This document shows, one piece after another, positions 10,850-20,675 of a stretch of 64,000 nt of DNA (the first letter of the stretch is position 1; the number at the start of each line of letters is the position of its first letter). Position numbers and translations under genes: made by a program. The DNA is from Nanobdellota archaeon (lineage in GTDB: Archaea > Nanobdellota > Nanobdellia > Parvarchaeales > Parvarchaeaceae). The stretch is taken from assembly GCA_021794235.1 (NCBI GenBank), contig JAJYRE010000018.1, forward strand, positions 3,441 to 67,440, given 5' to 3'. The notes under the pieces were generated by a model, which saw nothing but the letters and a program-made list of their open reading frames with translations, did no database searches and was not told where the DNA came from.

Positions 10850-11248
10850 TCAAGCAGATACCTTATCTAGAAATTCCTTTGGGAGCGGCACTGCCTTCCA
10901 TTTATTCTTATCGATAGCTACCATGGTTATGTAGCCCTCACAGATATCATCGGAACCCCTCTTTATCTCAAAGTTGTATTTTACAGCCTTACTGGAGATG
11001 ACTTCTGGCTTCATATATACTCTCAGTTTGTCACCTACGTGCGCGGGGTTATGGTATTTTGCGTTAGATTCAACGACCACAAACCAGATACCCTCATTCT
11101 CAAGAGGCATTACGCTACCGGTCTTTTTCAGTGAAAATTGTTCGAGTGTGTCGGTGAAAAACCTGTAGTAGCCTGCGTAGTGCACTATCCCTTGAAGATC
11201 GGTGTCGTATATCTTAACGGTCTCGTCGAAATAGAATCCGTCTTCCAT
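10850..11248 (-). CDS. acyl-CoA thioesterase, 4HBT/YbgC hotdog fold
   Basis: KIYDTDLQGIVHYAGYYRFF hotdog thioesterase signature. 132 aa. Confidence 0.7.
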   Translation of the reverse strand: MEDGFYFDETVKIYDTDLQGIVHYAGYYRFFTDTLEQFSLKKTGSVMPLENEGIWFVVVESNAKYHNPAHVGDKLRVYMKPEVISSKAVKYNFEIKRGSDDICEGYITMVAIDKNKWKAVPLPKEFLDKVSA

Positions 11249-11279
11249 TCATAGAATAGTACTCGGTAACTTATATTAC

Positions 11280-12626
11280 TTATGCAAAGACTATGCCGGC
11301 GAAAAGAGACAGTATAAGTATGAGAACTATAATCTCCTTCACTCTCATACGCGGCGACTTAGTCAGTAATTTCTTCCGAGTTTCCATTTCCTGGCCGAAA
11401 CCAGTATCGGAAAGAAGTCCGAAATAATAGAAAGTAGAAAAAAGCAGTATGAAAAACAGTGCAATCAGTATGTAGACATACCCGCTGCCGAGTATGGATT
11501 CAAATATCAAAAGCTTACCGAAAAATCCAATTGTTGGTGGGAATCCTGCAAGTGATAGCAGGCCGAGTATTACACCTGCCAACCCAATGGCGGATACAGA
11601 GCGCATCTTCTTTGCATCCTTCCTGTAGATTATACCTCTCTCCTCAAAGAGCCTATACGCAAGAAATATCAGAGCGTCCGCTATCGCAAAAGAGAAGATA
11701 TAGAACACCGATGCGAAGAGACCGTTTGCTGTAAATAGTCCAAGCCCGATGAAAGCAAAGCCAGCCTGCGAGATACTGGAGTATGCAAGTATTCTTTTTA
11801 TCCTATCCTGAACCGTAGCCAGGAATATTGAGAAGAATATAGTCACAAGTGCTATTCCTAGGAATAATGTACTTATCATATGAGACACCGGTATCGCAAA
11901 GAAAAAGATTCTTATAAGAGCTACCAGACCTGCCGTCTTTGATATAGATGATAAGAATGCGGTTATAGCGCTGTCTGACGCCTCGTACACGTCGGGGGCC
12001 CACATATGAAACGGCACAAGTGTAGATTTAAATGCCAGACCAACAACCACAAATACTACGCCGGCTACGAACGGTATAAAGTTGATATTATACAGGGAAG
12101 TGAACGATAAAGTTCCAGAGCCTGCAAAAACCAAGGAGATACCAAAAAGCAGGATAGCCATTGATACCACACTTGTTGTAAGATACTTCACTGCGGCTTC
12201 CAAGTGCCTATCGGATTTTTGGAAGTAAACAAGCCCGTACGAAGCTATGGAAAGCATCTCTATAGCCACGGCCATCGACAGGAGGTTGGATGAAAGAACA
12301 ACCAGCATGGCACCGCCTACAGCCAATAAGAACAGTATGTCAAGATACGTACTCCCTTCTGCGCCGCCGTCCGCCCATATAAATGAATATATTACTACAG
12401 AAAGAAACAGCAAAAAACCGTTTATGAAGTAGGAATACTGGGCACCGCTGTAAAATGGTATACTCATATTCCCGTAAAAAATCTCCGTCAAGAATGACGC
12501 GACCAGGATGATAAGTGTGAGTGCGTGGAGATAGAACTGTTTCTCTATATGGAGTTCTTTTCTTAATAGGTCCACTATTATGGCAAGTCCTATTCCGGCA
12601 AACAAAATATATTCTGAATTTATCAT
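11280..12626 (-). CDS. nuoN: NADH-quinone oxidoreductase subunit N-like (complex I antiporter-like subunit)
   Basis: 448 aa polytopic protein, last of the J-K-L-M-N order. Confidence 0.75.
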   Translation of the reverse strand: MINSEYILFAGIGLAIIVDLLRKELHIEKQFYLHALTLIILVASFLTEIFYGNMSIPFYSGAQYSYFINGFLLFLSVVIYSFIWADGGAEGSTYLDILFLLAVGGAMLVVLSSNLLSMAVAIEMLSIASYGLVYFQKSDRHLEAAVKYLTTSVVSMAILLFGISLVFAGSGTLSFTSLYNINFIPFVAGVVFVVVGLAFKSTLVPFHMWAPDVYEASDSAITAFLSSISKTAGLVALIRIFFFAIPVSHMISTLFLGIALVTIFFSIFLATVQDRIKRILAYSSISQAGFAFIGLGLFTANGLFASVFYIFSFAIADALIFLAYRLFEERGIIYRKDAKKMRSVSAIGLAGVILGLLSLAGFPPTIGFFGKLLIFESILGSGYVYILIALFFILLFSTFYYFGLLSDTGFGQEMETRKKLLTKSPRMRVKEIIVLILILSLFAGIVFA

Positions 12627-14032
12627 ATCACACCGAAAGAACCGATTATCAGACTAGGATATAGGCCGATAAGTATAACAAAAAATGAGAATAATGAAAG
12701 TCCGAATATTTCCACAAGGGATATATCTGAGATCTTTTTGAGACTGGAGTGCAAGGTACCATAAAATATCTTTCTAACAGAATTAAGATAGTAATTTGTA
12801 GCGACCAGTAGCCCTACGAGAGAGACCAGAACGAAAGGAAATACCGAATACGACCCTATGAAGATAAGAAGCTCTCCTACGAAATTTGAAAGACCCGGCA
12901 CACCCAGTGTTGCAAACACCATAAATACGAAAAAGAATGTTAGTACTGGCATTCTTTTCATAACCCCGCCGCTCTTGTAAATGTCGTGCGTACCGATTCT
13001 TGAGAAAAGCATGGATGACATCGCAAACAGGCTGGCTATTATAAAAGAGTGGCTTACCATTAATATCACGGATCCTGTTACAGCGGAAACGCTGGTAGAG
13101 ACTATTCCGATGAACACCAATCCCATATAAAATGCACTGGAGTAGGAAAGCATGGATTTTAAGTTCTTTTGACCGGATGCTGCGAATGCCATATAAATAA
13201 CAGCAATTATACCGAGGATAAGCAAGGGAATGCTAAACCGATGCAGTATACTGGGAAATAGCTCTAAACCGAACAGAATAAGTATATAGCCGCCCAGTTT
13301 GGACATTACTGCAGATAGAAAAACCGTACCTGACATCGGCGCCGAGAGGTAGGCGTCTGGAAGCCATTCGTGCAACGGAAATACCGGCATCTTTATCAGT
13401 GCGGTTACCAGTATGAAGATAAAGATTGTATAACTGACTATAGACGGTATTGAGGACGCTGTTGCAAAGAGAGTTGTAAGGCTAAAACTGCCGGTGTATA
13501 TAAAGACCAGTATAAACGCCCCTAGGAGTGTAAGGCTCCCGAATTGAGTAAATATCAGAAACTTCATCGCAGATCTCTTGTTTGCGCCATCACCAAACAG
13601 TGAGATTATGAAAAACATAGAGAGAACTGTTACTTCCCAGAAAAGGAAGAGTGAAATCAAGTTACCGGAAATAAAAACAATTATCGCAGACATATAGGCA
13701 AGCATGTAAAATATATGAAATATTGTAGAACTCTCGGATTTTTCCCTGTTTAGTGAGATGATGGCAATTAACGGAACGAAGACAGAAAGAAGGATAAATG
13801 GGGTGCTAAGGCTGTTTGTAACAAGAGAGAATGAAAAATCCAGTGATTGTACCAGACTAACATCAAAACCTCCAAAACCATAGACCAGTCCTACAAGAAA
13901 CAGCACTGCAGTAGAGCACATCGAGATGATTGTGATGTTTTTTTGACTGGTGCTTTTTGTGTAATTATTTAGTATCAGAGCCATTATGCCGATGAGCGGA
14001 ATTATCAGAAAACCGATAAGATTTATAATCAT
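12623..14032 (-). CDS. nuoM: NADH-quinone oxidoreductase subunit M-like
   Basis: 469 aa antiporter-like membrane subunit. 4-nt overlaps with its neighbours. Confidence 0.75.
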   Translation of the reverse strand: MIINLIGFLIIPLIGIMALILNNYTKSTSQKNITIISMCSTAVLFLVGLVYGFGGFDVSLVQSLDFSFSLVTNSLSTPFILLSVFVPLIAIISLNREKSESSTIFHIFYMLAYMSAIIVFISGNLISLFLFWEVTVLSMFFIISLFGDGANKRSAMKFLIFTQFGSLTLLGAFILVFIYTGSFSLTTLFATASSIPSIVSYTIFIFILVTALIKMPVFPLHEWLPDAYLSAPMSGTVFLSAVMSKLGGYILILFGLELFPSILHRFSIPLLILGIIAVIYMAFAASGQKNLKSMLSYSSAFYMGLVFIGIVSTSVSAVTGSVILMVSHSFIIASLFAMSSMLFSRIGTHDIYKSGGVMKRMPVLTFFFVFMVFATLGVPGLSNFVGELLIFIGSYSVFPFVLVSLVGLLVATNYYLNSVRKIFYGTLHSSLKKISDISLVEIFGLSLFSFFVILIGLYPSLIIGSFGVI

Positions 14033-15771
14033 AGCATGACCACCACCAGCAACAGTAGTGCTACCATGCCTATAAAGATAGCATCTATATAGGATAGTGC
14101 ATCCCCGTTCTGGATTCTTCTAGATTTAGACGAAAGGTACATGGCAGAAGCAGCCAGCCTAGAGAAACTACGAGCAAGAACATTGTCAAACTCAGCTACC
14201 ACCTCACCGAAACCGACTATAGAGTTTCCGGTGTACAATAGGATATTATCATACCTGTAGTTGGCTATCCTATCAGACAATAGGTAAAGTTTTGCAACCA
14301 TGCGACTTGCCTTTTTGTAATAAAACAGTTCAAGTGCCATATAGATGCCTAGCGCTGCTGCCACCAATGACAGATATGAAAACATATCTAAACGGTACTG
14401 GATTGGAAGCAGATTGTTGAAGAATAGGAGGAAAGATCCGCCTACCGAGGAAACGGCGGCCAGTATATAGACAGGGAAGTATGCGGCGGGATCCTTTAGA
14501 GTCGGTCTGGAACGATTCGATGAAAAAATTATGAAGAACGCTCTAAATGCAAAGAGGGCTGTTAGGAAGGATATCACAACAAATCCGACGTTCTCGTAAA
14601 AGTTGAACCCATAGGTTATACTGAGATGCGCGAAGAAACTCATAAAGGGAGGTATAGCAGACAGTGATAGAAACCCGATCAGACTAGGAATCAGGACCCA
14701 TGACTTTCGTGACCCTCTTGATTTTATTTTGTATATATCATATGTACCGAATGAAAGTGCTAGAACACCACTTACAAAGAATAGTAGGGATTTGAATACG
14801 GCGTGGGTAAACAGATAGAATACTGCTCCACCGGTGTTTGCCGTACCTATCGCCAGAAACATAAACGCCAGGCTCTCCATAGTTGAATAAGCGAGTATCT
14901 TTTTGAAATGTCTCTCCCTAAGCGCTAGGAACGCAGCTATCAGAGACGTTAAGAAACCGAATCCGGTAACCAATCCTGTCATACCTGCGGACTGTATTAT
15001 CGGAAGCACCAAAACCGCAAGATAAGCACCTGCCGCTACCATAGTTGCGGAGTGCAACAAGGCACTTACCGGCGTCGGACCTTCCATCGCATCTATCAGC
15101 CAGGTATAAAATGGAAACTGTGCGGCCTTTGAGAATGCCGCCGTTATCAGGAGTACAGAGACTATTGCCATAGTTGCGGGTGGTATTACCGACAACTCAT
15201 TGAGGATGGATGAAAGGGAAAATGTATGAACTGCTGTAAATAGTATTATTATTGCTGCAAGCAGGGCCATGTCACCTATCCTGGTTATGACAAGGGCTTT
15301 TTTACCCGCTGCCGATGGTGCCTCCTTGCTGTACCAGAAACCTATCAACAAGTATGAAGAGACTCCTATAAACTCCCAGAATACAAAGAACAGAAGAAGA
15401 CTGTTTGATATGACAAGGCCCAGCATTGAGAATATGAAAAATGACATTTCGGCGTAAAAGCGCTTCTGCGGCTCCTTCTTCATGTAAAAGGTGGAGAAGA
15501 TAAGAACCATAAGTGATATGAAAGAAACTAGTGTAGCCATGAAAAGAGTCAAGTTATTTGATACGGTGGAGAGCACTATGCTATAACCGTTGACAGTCAT
15601 CCATGTATAACTCTGCTCTATGATTTTTCCGAAACCGGCATAAAAGTGGTAACCTGACAGGATAAGCGATAGCGCTGTACCCGTGATTGATACAATGAAG
15701 CTGTACTCCTTACGAAATAACGGAATCAGTAGGGTTGCAATGATTGCGGGAAGCAGTATAAAGAATAACAT
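14029..15771 (-). CDS. nuoL: NADH-quinone oxidoreductase subunit L-like
   Basis: 580 aa with a long C-terminal extension typical of NuoL. Confidence 0.8.
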   Translation of the reverse strand: MLFFILLPAIIATLLIPLFRKEYSFIVSITGTALSLILSGYHFYAGFGKIIEQSYTWMTVNGYSIVLSTVSNNLTLFMATLVSFISLMVLIFSTFYMKKEPQKRFYAEMSFFIFSMLGLVISNSLLLFFVFWEFIGVSSYLLIGFWYSKEAPSAAGKKALVITRIGDMALLAAIIILFTAVHTFSLSSILNELSVIPPATMAIVSVLLITAAFSKAAQFPFYTWLIDAMEGPTPVSALLHSATMVAAGAYLAVLVLPIIQSAGMTGLVTGFGFLTSLIAAFLALRERHFKKILAYSTMESLAFMFLAIGTANTGGAVFYLFTHAVFKSLLFFVSGVLALSFGTYDIYKIKSRGSRKSWVLIPSLIGFLSLSAIPPFMSFFAHLSITYGFNFYENVGFVVISFLTALFAFRAFFIIFSSNRSRPTLKDPAAYFPVYILAAVSSVGGSFLLFFNNLLPIQYRLDMFSYLSLVAAALGIYMALELFYYKKASRMVAKLYLLSDRIANYRYDNILLYTGNSIVGFGEVVAEFDNVLARSFSRLAASAMYLSSKSRRIQNGDALSYIDAIFIGMVALLLLVVVML

Positions 15772-15772
15772 A

Positions 15773-16075
15773 TCAACCCCTGAATTTACCCACTTTTGAT
15801 ATATCGACCGTGCCTTTCTTCCTGGACAGTTCTATCATCAGAGACATAAAGACAACAGCTTCGAAAACCGCCATTATAAGGACGAGTATCGCGTATACTG
15901 CTCCGCTTATCTCATTGAGAAAACTGGCTGCGAATGCAAAGTTTATGACAGCCGCGTTTATTATTATCTCTATAGAGATTATTATGTAAATTCCATTTCT
16001 TTTCGATATTATTCCATACACCCCTATAGCAAACAATACCGATGTCAGTATCAGAATGTCTTGAAACGGAATCAT
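15773..16075 (-). CDS. nuoK: NADH-quinone oxidoreductase subunit K
   Basis: 100 aa with three helices, NuoK-like. Confidence 0.8.
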   Translation of the reverse strand: MIPFQDILILTSVLFAIGVYGIISKRNGIYIIISIEIIINAAVINFAFAASFLNEISGAVYAILVLIMAVFEAVVFMSLMIELSRKKGTVDISKVGKFRG

Positions 16076-16548
16076 CTGTAAGCCTCCTTATTGATTATGA
16101 ACAGGGAAGATATTAGACTTGTCAATGCTGTAAATGCTATTATTACAAGTAGGGGCCCGTAATTCTGGAACAGGTACACTCCCAAGGTCTGATAATTTAG
16201 GGTAGACGCTGCGGTGTAGCTAGGAAACCTGAGAAGAAGGTACGATGTAAGTGCCAGAATTATGACTGGTACGGCAAAAACGAACTTGTAATTTAGATTT
16301 TCCACTATGCCCTCCGGAAGAAGGCTTATCCCTATCGCCAACAGAAGAACTATGCCACCGTTGTATATTATCAATTCGACAACGCTGAGAAAGACTGCAT
16401 TTATGTAAAGTAGGCTTGTGGCGACGATTACGACAAACATAAACATGAACAGAATCGAGTGTACAAGTCGTTTTGTAGAGACCATCAATATCGCCAGAGA
16501 CACAAGTAAAATTGATATTATATAGAATCCTATTGTCCCCAGGTCCAT
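16072..16548 (-). CDS. nuoJ: NADH-quinone oxidoreductase subunit J
   Basis: 158 aa at the first position of the J-K-L-M-N cluster. Confidence 0.7.
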   Translation of the reverse strand: MDLGTIGFYIISILLVSLAILMVSTKRLVHSILFMFMFVVIVATSLLYINAVFLSVVELIIYNGGIVLLLAIGISLLPEGIVENLNYKFVFAVPVIILALTSYLLLRFPSYTAASTLNYQTLGVYLFQNYGPLLVIIAFTALTSLISSLFIINKEAYR

Positions 16549-16615
16549 TAAGTTTGATGTATTTAGATGAATATAAAAGTTGACAAACTTTGCGCTATTC
16601 CCGGTGGATTTTTAC

Positions 16616-17482
16616 TTATCCGTTAATCAGGTCGAACAGCGTTTCTAGCTGAACTTTCCTTGAATCTATACTGGACTTGAGTTTATGATACTCGTCCTCG
16701 CTTATTTTCCCCGAAACGAAACTTCTTTCCAAGTCGGATGATTCCTTCTCAACGTCCCTGAGTTTATTGCTAAGGTTCTGCGGCCCTTTGAAGCCGTTCG
16801 CCAGAGTGCTGTTAACGCTTTGTGTCATCTGCCTCTTATTCAATTTGTTGGAGTATTTTCTGGAAAGTTCGCTGTACAGTTCTGTCATGTCACCCTCCAG
16901 TTTTGAGTATGACTCCTTGTCCTTAAATTTGCAGTCACCCGCTAGGACAACTCTTACGTTCGCGGACTCTTCGGTCGGATCATATATCCCGATTATTTTA
17001 GCCCACAAAAACATTGGTACAACCTTCTTTATCATGAACGCTATGAATGAAAGAACGAAGAATGCAATCATGCCGTATACTGTAACTGCAGACGGCGTGT
17101 AGCTGAAACTAGTAAGGTCGGTCTCAACAGAGCCCCTAAAAGACACCAGTATAACGCCTAGAAATATTATACCCAAAACTAGGAAGGATTTCCAAAGAAC
17201 CGGGTACTTTGATCCTTTTTTATTATCCCTAGCGGCTTTTATAAGAGCACGTATGGGTTTCGCGTTTCCTCCTCGGAAGGTCTCTTCTAATTCACTCCCC
17301 TCGTATTTTGCGAGTTCATTGAGAAGAATCTTATAATCCATATCCGTTAGTGATTCAGAGAGTTCGTTACGGAGTTCCTGCGGATCATCGCTTTTTACGT
17401 AAAGGTCATAGAATACGTGCTTCTTTTCAAGAGTATTTACATCAAACTCTTTCTCGTAGTTCTTTATGTTGAAGCCAAACAT
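16616..17482 (-). CDS. hypothetical membrane protein with C-terminal SHOCT-like motif
   Basis: 288 aa with two central TM helices. C-terminal GKISEDEYHKLKSSI resembles SHOCT. Confidence 0.45.
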   Translation of the reverse strand: MFGFNIKNYEKEFDVNTLEKKHVFYDLYVKSDDPQELRNELSESLTDMDYKILLNELAKYEGSELEETFRGGNAKPIRALIKAARDNKKGSKYPVLWKSFLVLGIIFLGVILVSFRGSVETDLTSFSYTPSAVTVYGMIAFFVLSFIAFMIKKVVPMFLWAKIIGIYDPTEESANVRVVLAGDCKFKDKESYSKLEGDMTELYSELSRKYSNKLNKRQMTQSVNSTLANGFKGPQNLSNKLRDVEKESSDLERSFVSGKISEDEYHKLKSSIDSRKVQLETLFDLING

Positions 17483-17557
17483 ATGTAATATAAGAAAAGG
17501 CCTAAATAAAAAGATTTTGGATTTGCTACTGATAAGTCAGCCGAAACGAAATAGGGT

Positions 17558-17731
17558 TTACTTGCTTTTCTTCGACTCTGCGAGCTCCTTCTTCCTAAGC
17601 TCGCTCTTCAGCACCGCTATTTTCTTCTTTAAGTGTCTGTACTTTCCTGCATCAGCTGGCTGAAGTCCTTGCGTTCTCTTTATGTTCATCTTTAGGAGTT
17701 CCAGTTCCAGCTCCTTCAAATCCTCTTCCAT
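17558..17731 (-). CDS. rpl29: 50S ribosomal protein L29 (uL29); not in ORF track (57 aa)
   Basis: Hand translation gives MEEDLKELELELLKMNIKRTQGLQPADAGKYRHLKKKIAVLKSELRKKELAESKKSK, the uL29 helix pattern. It sits immediately after rps3 and overlaps the rps3 3' end by 80 nt in another frame. Confidence 0.7.
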   Translation of the reverse strand: MEEDLKELELELLKMNIKRTQGLQPADAGKYRHLKKKIAVLKSELRKKELAESKKSK

Positions 17732-18323
17732 CTTTTATTTCTACCTCACTTGGCGAACGTACCGGCACTACTATAGTTACCTTTATGCCTACAACGCCCC
17801 TCTTTAAAACTAATTGTTTACTAGCGGTCCTTACACCGAAAGACTCTAAATGCCCTGTCTTTGGCATTACACTTCCGTGTGGCCTGAACTTGAAATGTGC
17901 AGCCCTCTCCTTTATAACACCGCCTATCTCTATCTCAACACCGCCTGCGCCGGCAGCCATAATATCATCCATAGCCCTGTGCGCGATTATCTTGTATCTC
18001 ATAGGTCCGTATTTCGAGATCTTGAAGGCTATAGAATCCGCCGCTATCTTCGGGTCCAACTGAGGATCCTCAGTCTGTTCAACTTCAATCCTAGGCGGCT
18101 CCTGTTTGAAATAGTTACCAAGGTACCTTGATGCGTCCCGCATAGTCTGCGCCGCTCTTGTAACAAGGGCTCCGGGTTTCGGTGTCCTTATGACAACCTT
18201 CATACCCAAAGGAGTCTTGCTTATTATTATATCGCTTATTCCGAATCTGCTGAATTTCTTTTCCAGGTATTCATAGGCACCCTGTTCGCTAACTCTGGAG
18301 CTTATTACTTTCTTCGGCAACAT
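17652..18323 (-). CDS. rps3: 30S ribosomal protein S3 (uS3)
   Basis: KH domain and uS3 C-terminal domain. 223 aa. Confidence 0.9.
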   Translation of the reverse strand: MLPKKVISSRVSEQGAYEYLEKKFSRFGISDIIISKTPLGMKVVIRTPKPGALVTRAAQTMRDASRYLGNYFKQEPPRIEVEQTEDPQLDPKIAADSIAFKISKYGPMRYKIIAHRAMDDIMAAGAGGVEIEIGGVIKERAAHFKFRPHGSVMPKTGHLESFGVRTASKQLVLKRGVVGIKVTIVVPVRSPSEVEIKDGRGFEGAGTGTPKDEHKENARTSAS

Positions 18324-18325
18324 AA

Positions 18326-18892
18326 TCAGTTCTTTACCTCACTATCTGCAACACTTTGCTGTTTATTAGCATTTGCGTCTTCTGGTACTTCTTTCTCCTG
18401 CTTCTGCGGCTCTTCCTTAACCTGTTCTGTAGCAGTCTCGGCAGGCTTTGCCTCTGGTGCCTTCTCGGGCTCCTTCTTTGCGACTGCCTTTCTGTCTTGA
18501 TCTACTATGCTGTAAACGGAAAGATTTGTCCTCTTACCATGCCTGTATACTGAACCGCTTCTGAAACGGGGATAAGCGCCTCTTCCCAGGTCATATCCTG
18601 ATACTACTATCTTGCTATCATCAAAGCCCATGGCCTTGGCATTGTCTTGCAGCTCCTTTATTACCTGATGAACCTGCTTTGTTGCCCTTACAGGATGTCC
18701 CTGTGGCACACCCTGCTTGTGTCCTTTGCTAGGGTATTTCTTGAAAGGTACCGATTCCTTGCCGTCCTTTACCTTCTCCAAGTACTTTATAGCCCTGACT
18801 ATGTTCTTGCCCTTTATAGCCTCCATTATCTCGTGCGTATGCTTGAGAGAGACTATCATTCTGTTTCTTGTTGCGGATACTTTTGTTACCAT
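18326..18892 (-). CDS. rpl22: 50S ribosomal protein L22 (uL22) with acidic/K-rich C-terminal extension
   Basis: uL22 core followed by a low-complexity tail (EPEKAPEAKPAE...). Confidence 0.85.
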   Translation of the reverse strand: MVTKVSATRNRMIVSLKHTHEIMEAIKGKNIVRAIKYLEKVKDGKESVPFKKYPSKGHKQGVPQGHPVRATKQVHQVIKELQDNAKAMGFDDSKIVVSGYDLGRGAYPRFRSGSVYRHGKRTNLSVYSIVDQDRKAVAKKEPEKAPEAKPAETATEQVKEEPQKQEKEVPEDANANKQQSVADSEVKN

Positions 18893-18900
18893 GCTTAGAC

Positions 18901-19290
18901 CTACTTGATCGGCACGAATACACTAGAACGCGTTGCACCAATACCAGGTGAACCATGTCTTACCTGTTTGGTCGTCAGAGCGTACTCGCCTAACCTGTGA
19001 AATACCATTTCTGGTTTTATTTGGATCGGCACAAATTCCTTTCCGTTGTGAACGTGAATTGTTAGCCCAACAAACTGCGGCAGTATAAACATCTCCCTCA
19101 TGTGCGTCTTTATCGTCTTGGATGACTTAACTTTTTTATTAAAATTCTTAAGGAACGTCTTTTCTTCCTGGGAGTATCCTCTCTTGGCCACTCTCCTGAA
19201 GTCTGCGTTTGCTATTTTGGCGAGTTCATCATTGCTCATCGCCTTCAATTCATCTATCGTCTTTCCTCTATATTTAAAGTCTCCACTCAT
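18901..19290 (-). CDS. rps19: 30S ribosomal protein S19 (uS19)
   Basis: HGSPGIGATRSS signature. Confidence 0.9.
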   Translation of the reverse strand: MSGDFKYRGKTIDELKAMSNDELAKIANADFRRVAKRGYSQEEKTFLKNFNKKVKSSKTIKTHMREMFILPQFVGLTIHVHNGKEFVPIQIKPEMVFHRLGEYALTTKQVRHGSPGIGATRSSVFVPIK

Positions 19291-19295
19291 ATTAA

Positions 19296-19997
19296 CTATC
19301 TAACCCCGGTTCTCTTAGGTGCTATCGTACCGACTTTAGCACCTGCAGGAGCGTTTCTTGCCACGCTCTTAGACTTGTGTTGGGAACTCCTCCTTTTACC
19401 ACCAAATTTGTGTTCGTAAGCGTTCATTGCTACGGCAGCCGTCATTGGCCAATATCTTCCTCTAGACTTAATCGAATGGAACTTGTTCCCCGCTTTGTAG
19501 AAAGGTTTTTCTACTCTGCCTGAATTTGCAACTTTGCCTATTATCGCTCTGCATTCCGGATTCAAGCGGATCACTTTTCCACTAGGCAGTGCTATCGCAG
19601 CGGTCCCCTGTACGTTCTCTACGAGCTTTGCGGACCCTCCGCCAGATTTTACGAGTTTACCGCCGTCGTTAGGCATCAATTCTATATTGTAAATGTCAGT
19701 ACCTGTCGGTATATCTTTCAGTCTTAATATTGCGCCGTTAACAGGCTGCAAAGGATCTAAATAATTAATCGGCATTCCTACGTATGCACCGCTGAAGGCT
19801 GGCAAATAGCACGATTTTCCAGTCTCGAATTTAAGTTTCATCAGAGGAGCCGTTCTGTACACGTCATTGACAAGCGCCACGACTCTGCCTTTTTCTGCTT
19901 CGTCACCCTTTATTAGCTTAGCGTCCGCTACCGCTCTGAAATCATTGACGGTAAACATCTTACTCTTTCCTCTTCTTCTAGCTCTTGGTACTTTCAT
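19296..19997 (-). CDS. rpl2: 50S ribosomal protein L2 (uL2)
   Basis: 233 aa with the uL2 C-terminal domain (GRYWPMTAAVAMNAYEHKFGG). Confidence 0.95.
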   Translation of the reverse strand: MKVPRARRRGKSKMFTVNDFRAVADAKLIKGDEAEKGRVVALVNDVYRTAPLMKLKFETGKSCYLPAFSGAYVGMPINYLDPLQPVNGAILRLKDIPTGTDIYNIELMPNDGGKLVKSGGGSAKLVENVQGTAAIALPSGKVIRLNPECRAIIGKVANSGRVEKPFYKAGNKFHSIKSRGRYWPMTAAVAMNAYEHKFGGKRRSSQHKSKSVARNAPAGAKVGTIAPKRTGVR

Positions 19998-20066
19998 AAA
20001 TCATTTTAATATACATTCTGGTATTTAAAATATTATCTTTAGAGTAGAGTAACATTTAAATAGGTT
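19998..20066. promoter_or_regulatory. divergent AT-rich promoter region (rpl2 operon / hemK-like gene)
   Basis: The 69-bp intergenic ...tttaatatacattctggtatttaaaatatt... has several TATA-like boxes on both strands. Confidence 0.3.
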
Positions 20067-20675
20067 ATGACAAAGGCAAAATACCAAAAACTCAAGTTGA
20101 AAGTACCTAATGGTGTATATCCGCCATCGGAAGATTCGTTACTTACACTGGGGGCTTTACAGTACGCATACGGGGATGTCTTGGATCTTTGTGCTGGCAG
20201 CGGAATAATCGGACTGAACGCTGCAGTACATGCAGACACTGTAACGCTCGTTGACATAAGTGAAGATGCAGTAAGAACTATAAAATCTAATGCCAAGGCA
20301 AATCTTATAAAGAACGTAAAGGTTGTAAGATCGAATCTGTTTTCAGGACTGGAGGGGAAGCGTTTTGACATTATATATTGTAACCCTCCATACCTTCCAG
20401 GGAAAATAGATAAGAAAGATTGGCTGGACGTGGCAACTCTTGGCGGAAAGGCAGGCTATGAGTTAACGATTAGAATTGTTAAAGAACTGCCGAAGCACTT
20501 AAAAAAGAACGGAAAGGCTTTTCTTGTACTGTCCACTGCGTATGACGTTGATAAGGTTTATAAACTGATAGATTCATTAAAACTTAGATTTAAGAAAATT
20601 AAATCGGTAAAATTCTTCTTCGAAGAATTAATCCTTATTGAAATATATGAAGACAGCTGGTATAGCAAGCTATAA
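20067..20675 (+). CDS. HemK/PrmC-like N5-glutamine (release factor) methyltransferase
   Basis: NPPY motif (YCNPPYLP) and SAM-binding DLCAGSG. 202 aa. Confidence 0.75.
   Translation: MTKAKYQKLKLKVPNGVYPPSEDSLLTLGALQYAYGDVLDLCAGSGIIGLNAAVHADTVTLVDISEDAVRTIKSNAKANLIKNVKVVRSNLFSGLEGKRFDIIYCNPPYLPGKIDKKDWLDVATLGGKAGYELTIRIVKELPKHLKKNGKAFLVLSTAYDVDKVYKLIDSLKLRFKKIKSVKFFFEELILIEIYEDSWYSKL

Noticed and set aside
17558-17689. Alternative shorter L29 start at internal Met (MNIKRTQ…)
   Set aside because: It would give a 43-aa protein missing the first conserved helix of uL29. The 17731 start is preferred despite the 80-nt overlap with rps3.
20039-20371. 110-aa minus-strand ORF
   Set aside because: Antisense to the HemK-like methyltransferase, which has the NPPY motif.
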